64,000 bases of DNA from Candidatus Latescibacterota bacterium. GTDB taxonomy: Bacteria > Latescibacterota > CBDEFO01. Numbering within the stretch: position 1 is the first letter of the stretch; the number at the start of each line of letters is the position of its first letter. This document shows, in pieces, positions 40,735 through 51,771 of the stretch. The DNA lies in contig CBDEFO010000007.1 in NCBI GenBank assembly GCA_965237525.1, positions 384,001 to 448,000 on the forward strand. Direction: 5' to 3'. The notes under the pieces are model-generated. The model saw only the letters and a program-made list of their open reading frames with translations. It had not been told where the DNA came from and did no database searches. The position numbers and the translations under genes were made by a program.

Positions 40735-41100
40735 GTTCCACTACGCCAACGTGGACGTGATCGGGGACAAGGTGTTCATAAGCTACACTCGTGGTACGCC
40801 TGTAAAGGGAGTTACGGAGGAGAACCTGAAGAAACAGGAAACCGTAATGCGCATCTATCCGCTGGAATGGTTCTACAAGTAGTTTGAAGTGATTGGTGCC
40901 TGCGTGTGACAAATACCGATATGCGCAGAGATGAGTATAGAAGTAAACCGAGGTCAATTCCCTGGTGGGAAGCAAATACAATCTCAGACCGGGCAGACTC
41001 CCACTTGGTATAATGCAGGTTCCTTCGGGCCTTTAACTACAGGAGTTATAAGATGAAACGCATTGCAGTTTTGAGTGTTGTCAGTCTGATTGTAGCGGTT
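40735..41100 (+). repeat. Duplicate of 42117-42490 (sialidase 3' end + intergenic leader + signal-peptide start)
   Basis: Colinear high similarity visible by eye. Confidence 0.85.
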
Positions 41101-42266
41101 TGCCTCGGGAGGCAATGTGGCAAACGCCGGTCAGGGAGCTTGTCTTCCGCAAGCCCGTCCCGGAGGGCGTCGTGGAGATAAAAGGTTTCAACGTCCCTCT
41201 CGGCGGCATAGTTGAGCTGAAGGACGGCTCGCTAATACTTTCTCAGGGCGGCGGATTTCGCATCTCGACCGATGGCGGCTTGACCTGGGGCGAAGCTCTG
41301 CCGCCGAAGGCGAAGATGAAGAATATTGTGGGTCTTTTCCGACTCAAGTCCGGCGCGTTGGCAATTTATGGACACAATATATCCATAAACGATAAAGACT
41401 GGCTCTTCTCTTTGTCGACCGATGAGGGTAAGACCTGGAGCGAGCCAACGGCGATCTGCCCGCTGTCATTTTCATTGATGAATCACAGCATGGTTCAGCT
41501 CAGCAGCGGTCGATTGCTGCTCACCTTCCAGCAAGGCTGGGCCGGAGCGCACCCGGACCTGGATTATCATGAAAAGTCGGCGTACGGCCTCTGGCGGGGC
41601 AAGCGCATTCAGATAGAGGGTCACGGCCACATCCCCCGAGTTTGGGATGTCAGTCGTTTTTCGTTCTCGATAACGAGGGTAAGAACTGGAATAAAGATGT
41701 TGCTGGCAGATTGATGGGGTGGTTTGACGCCGAGGGCGTACCCAATGGCCGCGACGGGCAGACGAGCTGTTTTGAGCCCACTGTCGCGGAGACTAAAGAC
41801 GGAGGGGAAAACTGGTATGCAGTGACGCCCAGCCAGCTTGGCCAGTTCAGCGTCACCTGCCGTTCTGGCTCGTATCCCCCAGACCGGAGACCTTCTGGTA
41901 GTCTGGAACCAGGTTTCGCGTGATGAGATTCGACTGGGCCATCGGCGAGGTCGGTTATCAGTCGCCATTTCCAGGGACGGTGGACACAGCTGGGAGCACT
42001 TCAAGACTCTTGAACTAAGCGACGGTCTCAGAGACATTTCCCACCTACCTGGCGAGTACCCAATCCAGATGGTGCGAGCTCGTGACTGGGTCGGCCCATT
42101 ACCGGACGGGTGGGCCTGGTTCCACTACGCCAACGTGGACGTCATCGGGGACACAGTGTTCATAAGCTACACTCGCGGTACGCCCGTAAAGGGAGTTGCG
42201 GAGCAGAACCTGAAGAAACAGGAAACCGTAATGCGCATCTATCCGCTGGAATGGTTCTATAAGTAG
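41053..42266 (+). pseudogene. BNR/Asp-box sialidase-family pseudogene
   Basis: STDGGLTW, STDEGKTW, SRDGGHSW; frameshifts near 41100, 41640 and 41835 and an apparent deletion at ETKDGGENW. Confidence 0.8.
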
Positions 42267-42437
42267 CTTGAAGTGATTGGCGCTTGCGTGTCGCAACGAG
42301 CAATATGCGCACAGATGAGTATAGAAGTAAACCGGGGTCAATTCCCTGTTGGGAAACCAGTACAGTCTCAGGCCTGGCAGAGACTCACTTGGCATAAAGC
42401 AGGTTCTTTTGGCCCTTTAGCTAACAGGAGTTATAAG

Positions 42438-43763
42438 ATGAAACGCATTGGAATTGTGAGTGTTGTCAGTCTGATTGCCGCGTTTGCCTGGGGAACGATT
42501 TTGGCAAACGCCGAGGAAACGAGCGAAAGGGGTAAAGCAGAGATGAAGAACTTGCAACAGGATTCCCCAAAACAAGAAAGTGAAAGACCTCTGCAGTCCC
42601 AAGAGGAGTTCATTGCCATTCGAAACCCGCGCCAGCTAAAAGTGGCAGAGATACCAGCGGAACGGGTTCCGATAGGCCAAAAGCTTGAATACAAGCCCAA
42701 CATCGCACACCTGGGTGGAGATGAGTTGCTGCTATTGTGCTACCTGAACGATGTAGCAGCAGGGCTACCCACCTACCTGTATCGTTCGCACGACGGCGGT
42801 CGTACCTGGGAAGGAGGGCGCGACGAGACCAGTCTGCCAGACGGGGGCGAGCCGTATCTGTCGCGCATGCGAGACGGCACGCTGTTGGTCACAGGTGGAC
42901 CATGGGGGTACCGCTCGGAGGACGATGGATACACCTGGTCCCAATACCAGCTGCCTCCGGAATTTGCCACCAGGGTCAGGGGGAACAACTCGCGAAATAT
43001 ACTGGAGTTGGAGGACGGTTCGTTACTGCAGATTGTCGATATACCTGAAGACGATCCCATTCTTCGCCATTCTCAATACGGGAATGGATACGTCGCCCGG
43101 AGCTACGATGGGGGTCGGACCTGGCCGGACTGCTACCCGATAGAAGTAGAAGGGGTGGCGGAAGGCTATCCCCGGTCCATCTTTGGAGAGGTAGTGCTCT
43201 GGCAGGCGCGTTCCGGGAAGATTTACGGTATAGCCAGGCTTGATCATCAGTTCTATCCCCTTCCCGGGCGGGTGTTCACCCCCCAGGAGCTCGGAAACGT
43301 GGCCGTAACCCTGCGGCACTACGGGCAGCCCCCGGTGCAGGATCTTGCCGATACCACCTTCGACCAGTTCGGACGAATGAAAGCTTGGTATTCTACCGAC
43401 GAAGGCCACACGTGGCAGCCCGGTGCGGACCTGGGCGACCACGGCCAGATGTTTCATTCCATTCTGCGGTTGAGGGATGGACGGCTGCTGTTTACTTATA
43501 CGCAGCGTTCGATCGATCCTCCTCTCGGTGTGCGTGCGGTGCTCGGTCGGGAAACCGAAGATGGATTCGAATTCGATTTTGAGCACGATATCTTCATGAT
43601 TGACACCAAGACTCCCATCGATCGCAGCTCGGGCGGAGGTTTTGGCAACACCGTCCAGCTGGACGACGGCACACTGGTGACTAGCTATTCCTATTGGCGG
43701 CCTGACGAAGGAGAATCGGGCAAACTCTTCAATTGTGAAGTGGTTCGCTGGCGTTTACCGTAA
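42438..43763 (+). CDS. Secreted BNR/Asp-box (sialidase-family) protein
   Basis: Signal peptide; SHDGGRTW, SEDDGYTW, SYDGGRTW, STDEGHTW. Confidence 0.88.
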   Translation: MKRIGIVSVVSLIAAFAWGTILANAEETSERGKAEMKNLQQDSPKQESERPLQSQEEFIAIRNPRQLKVAEIPAERVPIGQKLEYKPNIAHLGGDELLLLCYLNDVAAGLPTYLYRSHDGGRTWEGGRDETSLPDGGEPYLSRMRDGTLLVTGGPWGYRSEDDGYTWSQYQLPPEFATRVRGNNSRNILELEDGSLLQIVDIPEDDPILRHSQYGNGYVARSYDGGRTWPDCYPIEVEGVAEGYPRSIFGEVVLWQARSGKIYGIARLDHQFYPLPGRVFTPQELGNVAVTLRHYGQPPVQDLADTTFDQFGRMKAWYSTDEGHTWQPGADLGDHGQMFHSILRLRDGRLLFTYTQRSIDPPLGVRAVLGRETEDGFEFDFEHDIFMIDTKTPIDRSSGGGFGNTVQLDDGTLVTSYSYWRPDEGESGKLFNCEVVRWRLP

Positions 43764-44282
43764 GAGGAGTCCGGGATGCTGCACAAGGGCCAGTTCTGCC
43801 GGTGGGTTTTTATCCCGCCATTACCTGGGGGGATCATCCATTGCCAGACCGCGGTTACGTCAAAGCATCCGCTGTCCTCGCGGAGAGCACAGGAGCCAGA
43901 TTAGTGCGATGTCCCTAAAGTGCACGCAGGTCTGAGGAGCACCTTGCCTTGACCGTACCTCCGACTGGTAACGTCAGAAGAAGTTCAAATCAGCACAGGC
44001 GGCGCCCGGCAGCGCAGTGGATCGAGGACGGGCTGGCGCTTCAGTACATGCCGAAGAGCGGCTCGATCGGACGCCCGCTGCTCCGGGGGGGGTACGCCGC
44101 ACCCATGCATACTAACGACTGAGGCACCCTGACCGGCGGTTCTGGGGCGAGGATCTGTGGGAGGGATGGGTGAGCGTGGCTAGGTGAATTTTCTGGCAGA
44201 GCTGAGACCGATCTCAGTCCAGGCAGACTCTCACCTGGCAAAAGGCAGGTTTTTCTTGGGCTTTGACTACAGGACATATAAG

Positions 44283-45005
44283 ATGGAATGCATTGCAGTT
44301 GTGAGTGTTTTCAGTCTAATTGTTGCTTTTGCCTGGGGAAGCAGTTTGGCAGACGCCAAGACTCCCGAAGCTGTGGACCTGGCCCGGCTTAACGACTGGG
44401 ACATCGTCGTAGCTGAGGACGCTATCCCCAGTGAGATATACGCGGCTGAGGAATTTCAGAAATGTTTTGGCCGAGCCAGTCGCGTGAAGCTCCCGATCGT
44501 GCGCAAAGTGGATGGGCTTGACAGGCACGTAATTATCGGTCCCAGCCAGGCCATGCGCGCGAGTAACCTTGGCTTCGATGTTCACGACTTCGGTTACGAA
44601 GACCTCCGCATCGTGATCCGCGGCGGTAGCATAGCCATTGTAGGTATCCGGCCTCGCGGCAGGCTTTACGGCGTCTATACGTTTCTGGAAGACTACCTGG
44701 ACGTACGGTTCCTCAGAGATGAACATACACACGTAACTGCTGTCGGCCAGCAGCAAACGATTGGCCCGGTAGACCGTGTCTATCGCGCACCTTTTGCGAA
44801 TTTACGCCCGACCGGGTACAATGCACCTTATCATTACGTGTTTTTTGGGGTCCGTACTCGCAACAATGGCTTCCATGACCAACCGAGGTTTGGTGGCACT
44901 TCGCCATTCGGGAATACCAATCACAGCTTCTATCGGTAAGTGCCTTACCAGGAATACAGCAGAGATCATCCGGAGCACTTTGGTCTCTGGGATTGGAAAC
45001 GCCGG
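44283..45005 (+). pseudogene. 5' fragment of a DUF4838 paralog
   Basis: Homologous to the array genes; TAA at 44937 replaces CAA; homology stops at about 45005. Confidence 0.85.
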
Positions 45006-45107
45006 GAGGGGCGTTACACTGGCGGTTTGAAGGCCGCGGCAAGGGTCATATGTGACCGCTTCGACAGCGGTTTGTCCGCTAAATTTCGGTTATGTAAAGG
45101 AGCTCAG

Positions 45108-46997
45108 ATGGAACAGTTATCCGCACTAATGGTGTTTGCAGCTGTGCTATTGACGGCGATTTTATTGCCGGCTGGAGGCCTTAGGGCTGAAGCTTCGGTG
45201 GAGTTCTATGTTTCACCGACCGGTCATGACAACAATCCCGGCACCAAGCAGAAGCCATTCGCCGGCCTCACTAGAGCTCGGAATGCAGTCAGAGAAAGGA
45301 CTAAGACAGAGCAGACAGCCAACATTGTTGTGTTCCTTCGAGGTGGCACTTATGAAATGAAAGAGCCGCTGATTCTGGGACCGGTAGATTCGGGGACTGA
45401 CAAATTCTCGATCACCTATGCGGCCTATCCTGGTGAGAAACCGATTATCAGCGGGGGAAGAAGAATCACTGGCTGGAAACAGGGGCCCGGCAAGATATGG
45501 GTGGTCGAACTGCCGCAAGTCAAGACGCAGAAATGGTACTTCCGTCAACTTTTCGTTGATGGCAAGCGAGCCACTCGAGCCCGGACTCCCAACGCCGACA
45601 ACAAGGACCAGTATCTGCAGGTGAAGGACGCGGAGCTGAAAGACGATATCTGGAAGGTCATCTTGGCCCCTGACCAGGTCAGAGACTGGTCAAACATGGC
45701 AGATGTCGAGATCGTCGTTCTTGGACTATGGGATATTATGCGCAAGCAACTGGCGAGTGTTGATGAGGCGAAGGGCGAAGTAATTCTGGCCCCGCCTCAC
45801 GTTCCAACACACCACCACGATCCGAGATCGGGCAGTTGGTGCTTCTTCGAAAATGCCATCGAGATGCTCGATCAACCCGGGGAATGGTACCTGGACCGCT
45901 CCAGCGGCGTCCTTTCATATTGGCCACTGGACGGTCAGGATATGTCGAAGGTTGAGGTAGTAGCGCCGGTCCTCGCGCAACTTCTTGAAATTGCGGGCAC
46001 ATCGGATCAATTGGTGCAAAACGTGCATTTCAAAGGTCTGACTTTCAGGCATGCCCGGTGGCCGCTGCCCCCATGGGGATTTGCAGGCAGGCAGGCCGGT
46101 ACGATGTACGGAGGCACAGGATTCATCGGCGAGGCGATTTTGTGGAAATTCGTAGAGTCATGCAGCATGACCGACTCCGAGATCGCCCACGTGGGCGGGT
46201 GCGGGATAAGTCTGCGCAAAGGATGTGTCAAAAACCTCGTTGAGGGAAACCATATTTATGATATCGGTTCCAACGGTATCAATGTCGGAGAGGACTTATC
46301 AATAATTTACGATGAAAATTATACGCCACCTGATTCGGACACGCCTCGCGACAATCGCATCACAAACAACTATATCCACGGATGTGGCGCAGATTTCTAC
46401 GGCGGGATAGGGATATACATTGCCTTCACTGACGGAACGGTCGCTGCGCACAATCTCCTTCACGACCTTCCCTACACAGGTATCAGTGTGGGTATGATGT
46501 GGGGTGGCCAACCTACCGTATGTCGTAACAATGTCATTGAGTACAACCACATCTACGACGTCATGAAAAGGATGGGTGATGGGGCTGGCATATACACGCT
46601 GGGCTTTCAACCTGGCACGGTCGTTCGCAACAACCTGATCCATGATGTCAGGCGCAACCCATTTGCCCGGGGTGCTCCCTACGCTGGGCTGTACGTTGAC
46701 AGTCGTTCCTCCCAGATCCTTGTCGAGGCCAACACGGTCTACGGACTGGCACAGCCCAAATGGCCCTGCACGCCTGTTTTGATTGGCCATTATTCGAGGG
46801 ACATTGTCTTTCGCCACAATGTCTTTGTTGTTTCAGAGGCCGAAGTCAAACCGTTTGCTTACTACAACTCGAAAGAAGAAGATTTCAAGTTCGAGAACAA
46901 TACGACGATTACGCAGGCCGAATGGAAAGCACCACCGGATTTGGAAACTCGGACGGGGCTTCAACCTCCTTATCGCAAGGCGCTTCTGGGACAATAG
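45108..46997 (+). CDS. Secreted right-handed parallel beta-helix protein (GH141-like)
   Basis: FYVSPTGHD.NPGT..PF, LRGGTY, AYPGEKP.ISGG, LDQPGEWY, repeated N.IH strands. Confidence 0.85.
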   Translation: MEQLSALMVFAAVLLTAILLPAGGLRAEASVEFYVSPTGHDNNPGTKQKPFAGLTRARNAVRERTKTEQTANIVVFLRGGTYEMKEPLILGPVDSGTDKFSITYAAYPGEKPIISGGRRITGWKQGPGKIWVVELPQVKTQKWYFRQLFVDGKRATRARTPNADNKDQYLQVKDAELKDDIWKVILAPDQVRDWSNMADVEIVVLGLWDIMRKQLASVDEAKGEVILAPPHVPTHHHDPRSGSWCFFENAIEMLDQPGEWYLDRSSGVLSYWPLDGQDMSKVEVVAPVLAQLLEIAGTSDQLVQNVHFKGLTFRHARWPLPPWGFAGRQAGTMYGGTGFIGEAILWKFVESCSMTDSEIAHVGGCGISLRKGCVKNLVEGNHIYDIGSNGINVGEDLSIIYDENYTPPDSDTPRDNRITNNYIHGCGADFYGGIGIYIAFTDGTVAAHNLLHDLPYTGISVGMMWGGQPTVCRNNVIEYNHIYDVMKRMGDGAGIYTLGFQPGTVVRNNLIHDVRRNPFARGAPYAGLYVDSRSSQILVEANTVYGLAQPKWPCTPVLIGHYSRDIVFRHNVFVVSEAEVKPFAYYNSKEEDFKFENNTTITQAEWKAPPDLETRTGLQPPYRKALLGQ

Positions 46998-47367
46998 CAA
47001 GGGTTCCACCGCCTATGATTGTGAGCACGACTGGTAACTCTTGAGGGCAGAATTAGCGAACAAATCGGGCACTGCCGCGGGTTCCAGATGGGCGATACAT
47101 CTCTAATCGTGTCTCCAGAGCTCGTCTCCCGCCGTCACAATGCGCGTCGGACAACGTGATGGTCACAGAAGCATCAGTCCCGGACGGTCTGGCTGATTAC
47201 TGGTACGATGCAGGCCGCAAGATGCGCAGCCATTTTGTAGAAGTTCAACTAACGCGGCTGATTCTTTTCGCTGTATAGGCGTGATCACTGGCGTATGAGC
47301 AAAGCGCGCTGGTACCGGGTCTGCCGCTTCGTCTCTGATGAGACGCTTATATGAGAGGAGGTTCACG

Positions 47368-49125
47368 ATGTCTTCACACGATCTGCCCTGGCGGGTGATG
47401 ACTTTGTGGCAGCAGATTGACGGAGATGTACTGTTTACCGACGAACCGACAGTTCTTCAGTCGCGGGAGATGCTGAATCCTACTGCGGATTCGGAGCTGG
47501 GCAGGTTCGTGGATTTTATCGCATCGATTGGTATCAACGCGCTGGACCTTCGCTATTACACGGATGAACAGCGTCCTGCGCTGGCGTCGTTTGCTGGATA
47601 TTTGAAGGCCAGGGGCATCCGGCTGTTGATCTGCCGACAGTGGACGGAGTTGGAGACGGGTGAGCTGATCTGGCTGCCTCTCCGTAATCGAGACCTTAAG
47701 CGCACCTCCCCTCTCTTGTGTCCCTTCAATGAGCAGGTCCGGCGATATTGGCAGGAGGCGGTCGGCGCAGACTTCCGGGAGATTCCCGATCTGGGAGGTT
47801 ATTCATTCGGCATTACGACTGAATACTACATGTCGAACGGTGCGCCCTGGATGTGTGACTGTTCCAGGTGTGGGTCTCTGAGCCGCCGGGAGCGTCTGAT
47901 CGAGGCTCTGCGATTTCTAGGGGGACTGCTTGCTGGTCACGGCGGTCTGCTGCTCTGGAACAACCACCAGGACGACCCCTGGGGCCAGCGCGTTGAAATC
48001 GAACTCTTTTCTGACCTGACGGGTCGGCTGCCTGAGAACGTTGTGGTAATGTTCTCTGATCTTTACTGGGACCAGGAACCAGGATGGCCGGCGAATCCAA
48101 TGTATGATCATTTGCGGGTTCCGTCCTCTGGTTGTGCGCCTTATGTGCCGCGCATCCAGTTGCCCGGGCAGTACCGGGGTATGAATCTCTTTCCTTGCTC
48201 GATGGTAGAAGCATGGGCGCGTACGTTTCGGGAGATCAGCCGTTTGCGGCTGTCCGGGTATTGGGTACAGGCGTTCATCAACCGTACTGAGTGGGATCAT
48301 CCCTGGAACATGGCGCACTGGTATGCCCTGGACCGATATGCGAGCGATCCGGAGACGGAGCCTGGGGCCATCATGTTTGACTGGGCTGCGCAGACGTATG
48401 GTGCGGATGCAGCGCCCGCTGTCGTGGAGATTCTTCGTCTCAGCCAGAAGGCGAGCATCAACATGTTCATGTGTCAGGGCCTGATGACCAGTGGGCAGAG
48501 CCAGCTTGCATCTCTGGTCTACCTTGATTCACATCTTTGCGGGCCGTATCGGGAAGCGCCGCGCATACCGGGCCAGATCGGTCTGGACTTTCCGTTGGAC
48601 ATGTACCCCGATCAACGCGCCGCCGAGATCAGAGCCCTCCCTGGCACTCGTCTGCTGTTCGTCCGCGAGCCGATCACGCCGGAAGTAAAGGCCCGAGCAC
48701 TGGCCGAGAAGGATGAGGCAATTGAACTGATCGATCGGATGATCGGCCTCTGGCAGAGCGTGAACGGGACGGTGGATGCGGAGGTGCACAAGGCCATGGC
48801 GGTTCGCCTGAATGGCAATCGCGTGGATGCCATGGTTTTCAGGGTGGTACTGGATCTCTACTTTGACTGGAAGCTGGGTTCTTTAAGTGATGCTCGGATC
48901 GACGAGGTGGTCGGTGGTTTTGCGGGGTTGAAGGGACAGGTGGTGCCCGATCCTGCAGGTCTGCCTCCCACGCATCGGCGGAGTTCGGAGGACGATCTGA
49001 CGCGCAACCTCTTCAGTTTCGCCGAAGAACTGCGCCTTGAAATGCACAAGCCATGGATCGAACAGCATTTCAAGGCCAACCCGCTGGGCGGTGGCATCTT
49101 GCCTGAGGAGGTGAAGTCCGGTTAG
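47368..49125 (+). CDS. Hypothetical protein, possibly glycoside hydrolase-like TIM barrel
   Basis: Long ORF with RBS aggagg; YW......FREIPDLGGY and CDCSRC; family uncertain. Confidence 0.65.
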   Translation: MSSHDLPWRVMTLWQQIDGDVLFTDEPTVLQSREMLNPTADSELGRFVDFIASIGINALDLRYYTDEQRPALASFAGYLKARGIRLLICRQWTELETGELIWLPLRNRDLKRTSPLLCPFNEQVRRYWQEAVGADFREIPDLGGYSFGITTEYYMSNGAPWMCDCSRCGSLSRRERLIEALRFLGGLLAGHGGLLLWNNHQDDPWGQRVEIELFSDLTGRLPENVVVMFSDLYWDQEPGWPANPMYDHLRVPSSGCAPYVPRIQLPGQYRGMNLFPCSMVEAWARTFREISRLRLSGYWVQAFINRTEWDHPWNMAHWYALDRYASDPETEPGAIMFDWAAQTYGADAAPAVVEILRLSQKASINMFMCQGLMTSGQSQLASLVYLDSHLCGPYREAPRIPGQIGLDFPLDMYPDQRAAEIRALPGTRLLFVREPITPEVKARALAEKDEAIELIDRMIGLWQSVNGTVDAEVHKAMAVRLNGNRVDAMVFRVVLDLYFDWKLGSLSDARIDEVVGGFAGLKGQVVPDPAGLPPTHRRSSEDDLTRNLFSFAEELRLEMHKPWIEQHFKANPLGGGILPEEVKSG

Positions 49126-49254
49126 CGCCGTAGTGCGGCACGCAGAGTCAAGATACTGGGCTGTAAGGCTTTGCAGGAAATAGCTAAGACCTTAGGCCGG
49201 GCGCGAGCCACTGTTGACATTGCTAAGTGGCTGCCGCTAAGTTAGATTATGGGA

Positions 49255-49485
49255 ACCGGAGAAGACAGAAGCCGCTGTCCGAGGAAGTCAGGCAGTTCGT
49301 TCTGCGTATGGCGTGAAGAGCAACCCAGTTAGTGATATGATCGCCTTCAAGGGGCGCTGGGCAATCTGAGTCACGATATATCGCATACGACGATGTGCAA
49401 ATTCTCAAGGCCTATGGCATCGAGCCAGAGCCCGATCGATAGCGGCAGACTACGTCGAAAACGTTTCTGAAAGCGCATCGGGAGG
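49255..49485 (+). mobile_element. Decayed integrase-core (IS481/IS3-like) transposase fragment
   Basis: EEVRQFVLRMA..NP..YDRLQGALGNLSHDISHTT..ILKAYGIEPEPDR*RQTT.KTFLKAH with stops and frameshifts. Confidence 0.65.
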
Positions 49486-49618
49486 TCACGGCAGAGAATG
49501 TGTATTATGTGGGATGAGCTGAGAATTTGGTGTTTTGCCGTCCGGGGCGTTCCCCGGTCAGGCAAAGCATCATCGCCCGCAAAGGGTCTGAACGGTTACG
49601 AAGATTGGAGGAATCCAC

Positions 49619-51352
49619 GTGCAACGGAATTGTCTTTACGTAATAGGGATCATGTTTTACATCGCGACGACTGTTCCTGATACCGGTTATGCGGTACAGC
49701 CTGCAGTAGGAGAAGAGACTGAGATTCTGAACATCACCGTCGGCGAAGCGACCAAGATCAGCGATCTGGTTTACCAGAATACCGCGAGTCTGTCTGTCTC
49801 CCGGACGGGGGTTGTAGCTGTCTTCTATGCGAAGCCGAATCATAACCCGAGGTTTTACCGGGTTTCGACCGATGGGGGTCAGACCTGGAGCAAGGAGAGA
49901 TGGATGGTCCCGGGATGGCTGGCGGGGCTGAAAGTGTAGGACTCCGCGATGGCGGTGTGTTCAAGCCTCAAGGCGGCACAGTTTCTATTGAAGGAGAAAG
50001 GGACTGGTATGACATGACTGTTTTTCGGTTCACCGACGATTTTATGAGTTGGGAAACCGAAACAGACAAGATGTATGTACCCAATCACATCACCGCTCTC
50101 AGCCATGTATACACTCCTAATCCCGCTAAAGGCAAGATCCTCCAAATGTCCGACGGGGCACTGTTGATGCCGATGGGTGGCCGGTTTAGCGGCGACGTGG
50201 ACGTCCTTCGGGCTTACTTGGTCCGTTCGATCGATGAAGGCAGGACGTGGCTATATTACGTGACTATCAACTATACCCCCCAAGATCCCAACCCAGAACT
50301 GCCGGGTCAGTACGCTGGTTTTGACGAACAGAGCTTCGTGCTCTTGCCGAATGGTCAGATGTTGGCCATTCTGCGTACGCAGTACTCACATCTTGCGGGC
50401 GAATACAGACCGTTGTACGTCTGCTGGTCGAACGATCTTGGCAGGACGTGGGGCAAAGCGACGCCGACCAAGCCGCAGCTGATGAATATCTGGCCTACGC
50501 TGCAACTTCTGGACAATGGTGTGGTAGCCTGTCAGTACGGCCGACCGGGCTTCCATGTAGCCTTCAGTCTGGATAACGGTCATACCTGGCAGGACCGCAT
50601 TACGTTCTCAGATCTACCAGAGCCCTTTATTACCGGTCAGTTCGATATGATCAAGACTGGACCGAACCGGCTGGTGGCGGTCGGCAGCGACGCTGGGGGC
50701 ATAAAGGTCTGGCCGATTACGGTCGAGCGTCTGAAGGTGTCACCGGCCCATGCAGCTTTAGAGGGCCGCGTGCTGGACCAGCAGGGCAGGCCGATTGCCG
50801 GCGCGACTGTCGAGCGCAGTCCCAACCGTTACTATCTCGACTCCTGGCTTGAGCACCCCACCGAATTGGATCCCTGGAAAAAGACCCCTCTGACAATCGA
50901 TTCTCCGGTATTGGGATACAGATCGATTCGTAAGGAGGATTGCTATCCGACGGTGCAGACGGACGCCCAGGGACAGTTCCGGTTCGAGTCGGTCAAGTTA
51001 GGTGAATATGTCTTGACGGTTGAGGCTGACGGTTATGCCCCACAGCATCGGCATATTAAGGTATCGCCGGAGTCCAAGCCACAGGACTTCCGTTTGAAGC
51101 ATGGTCGAAAGATTCGCAGCCGGGTTGTGGATGACACAGATCAGCCGGTTAGCGGTGCTTGTGTGGTACTGAACAGGTGGCACGTCCATACCGATCTTGC
51201 TGGGTTCTTCCACTGGTCGGTGGAGTCCCCGCTGCCAGAGCAGGTGGCGATCATGGTTTACAAGCGTTACAGCGGTCAGTATGAGACACTCCAAGCAACG
51301 GTGTCGTTCTCGCCAGCTTGAGCGCCAGCCGATAGCCTTGAAGAACAGATAA
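49619..51352 (+). pseudogene. BNR/sialidase-type domain fused to carboxypeptidase-regulatory-like repeats; frameshifts near 49900 and 51310
   Basis: STDGGQTW, SIDEGRTW, SNDLGRTW, SLDNGHTW; LEGRVLDQQGRPIAGATV, TDAQGQFRF, VEADGYAP. Confidence 0.75.
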
Positions 51353-51412
51353 TTGAACGGTGACGAGTAGCGTCAAGAGCCAGGCTGGAAGAGGACTCGA
51401 TCTGTGTCTAAC

Positions 51413-51602
51413 GGGCAGCCATCGAGCCGATTTGGAGACTCAATAAGGACGCCGCAATCCATCCAGCGCTGGCCGAGGAGATACGACCGCTTGTCGAAGA
51501 GTTCTTCCGGCTGTGCGACGACTGTGGGATCGGAGGATGTTTCGCAGGAGCTTGCGAGTGCACCGAAGGTATCTTGGAAACCTCGATCCTGCAGGCAAGT
51601 AG
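51413..51602 (+). pseudogene. Orphan 3' end of a DUF4838 paralog
   Basis: Matches 53404-53595. Confidence 0.85.
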
Positions 51603-51771
51603 GTGGAAAGGCTGAATTGGGATGCATTTCTTCTAACAGACCACTTTAGAAGGAGTTAAGCGATGAAACGGATCGCAGTTGTGAGTGTTATCAGTCTAAT
51701 TGTCCCATTTGTCTGGGGAGGCATTCTGGCAAACGCGTTATGTTGGGTCTTTAACAAGGAGGAGTTTTACG

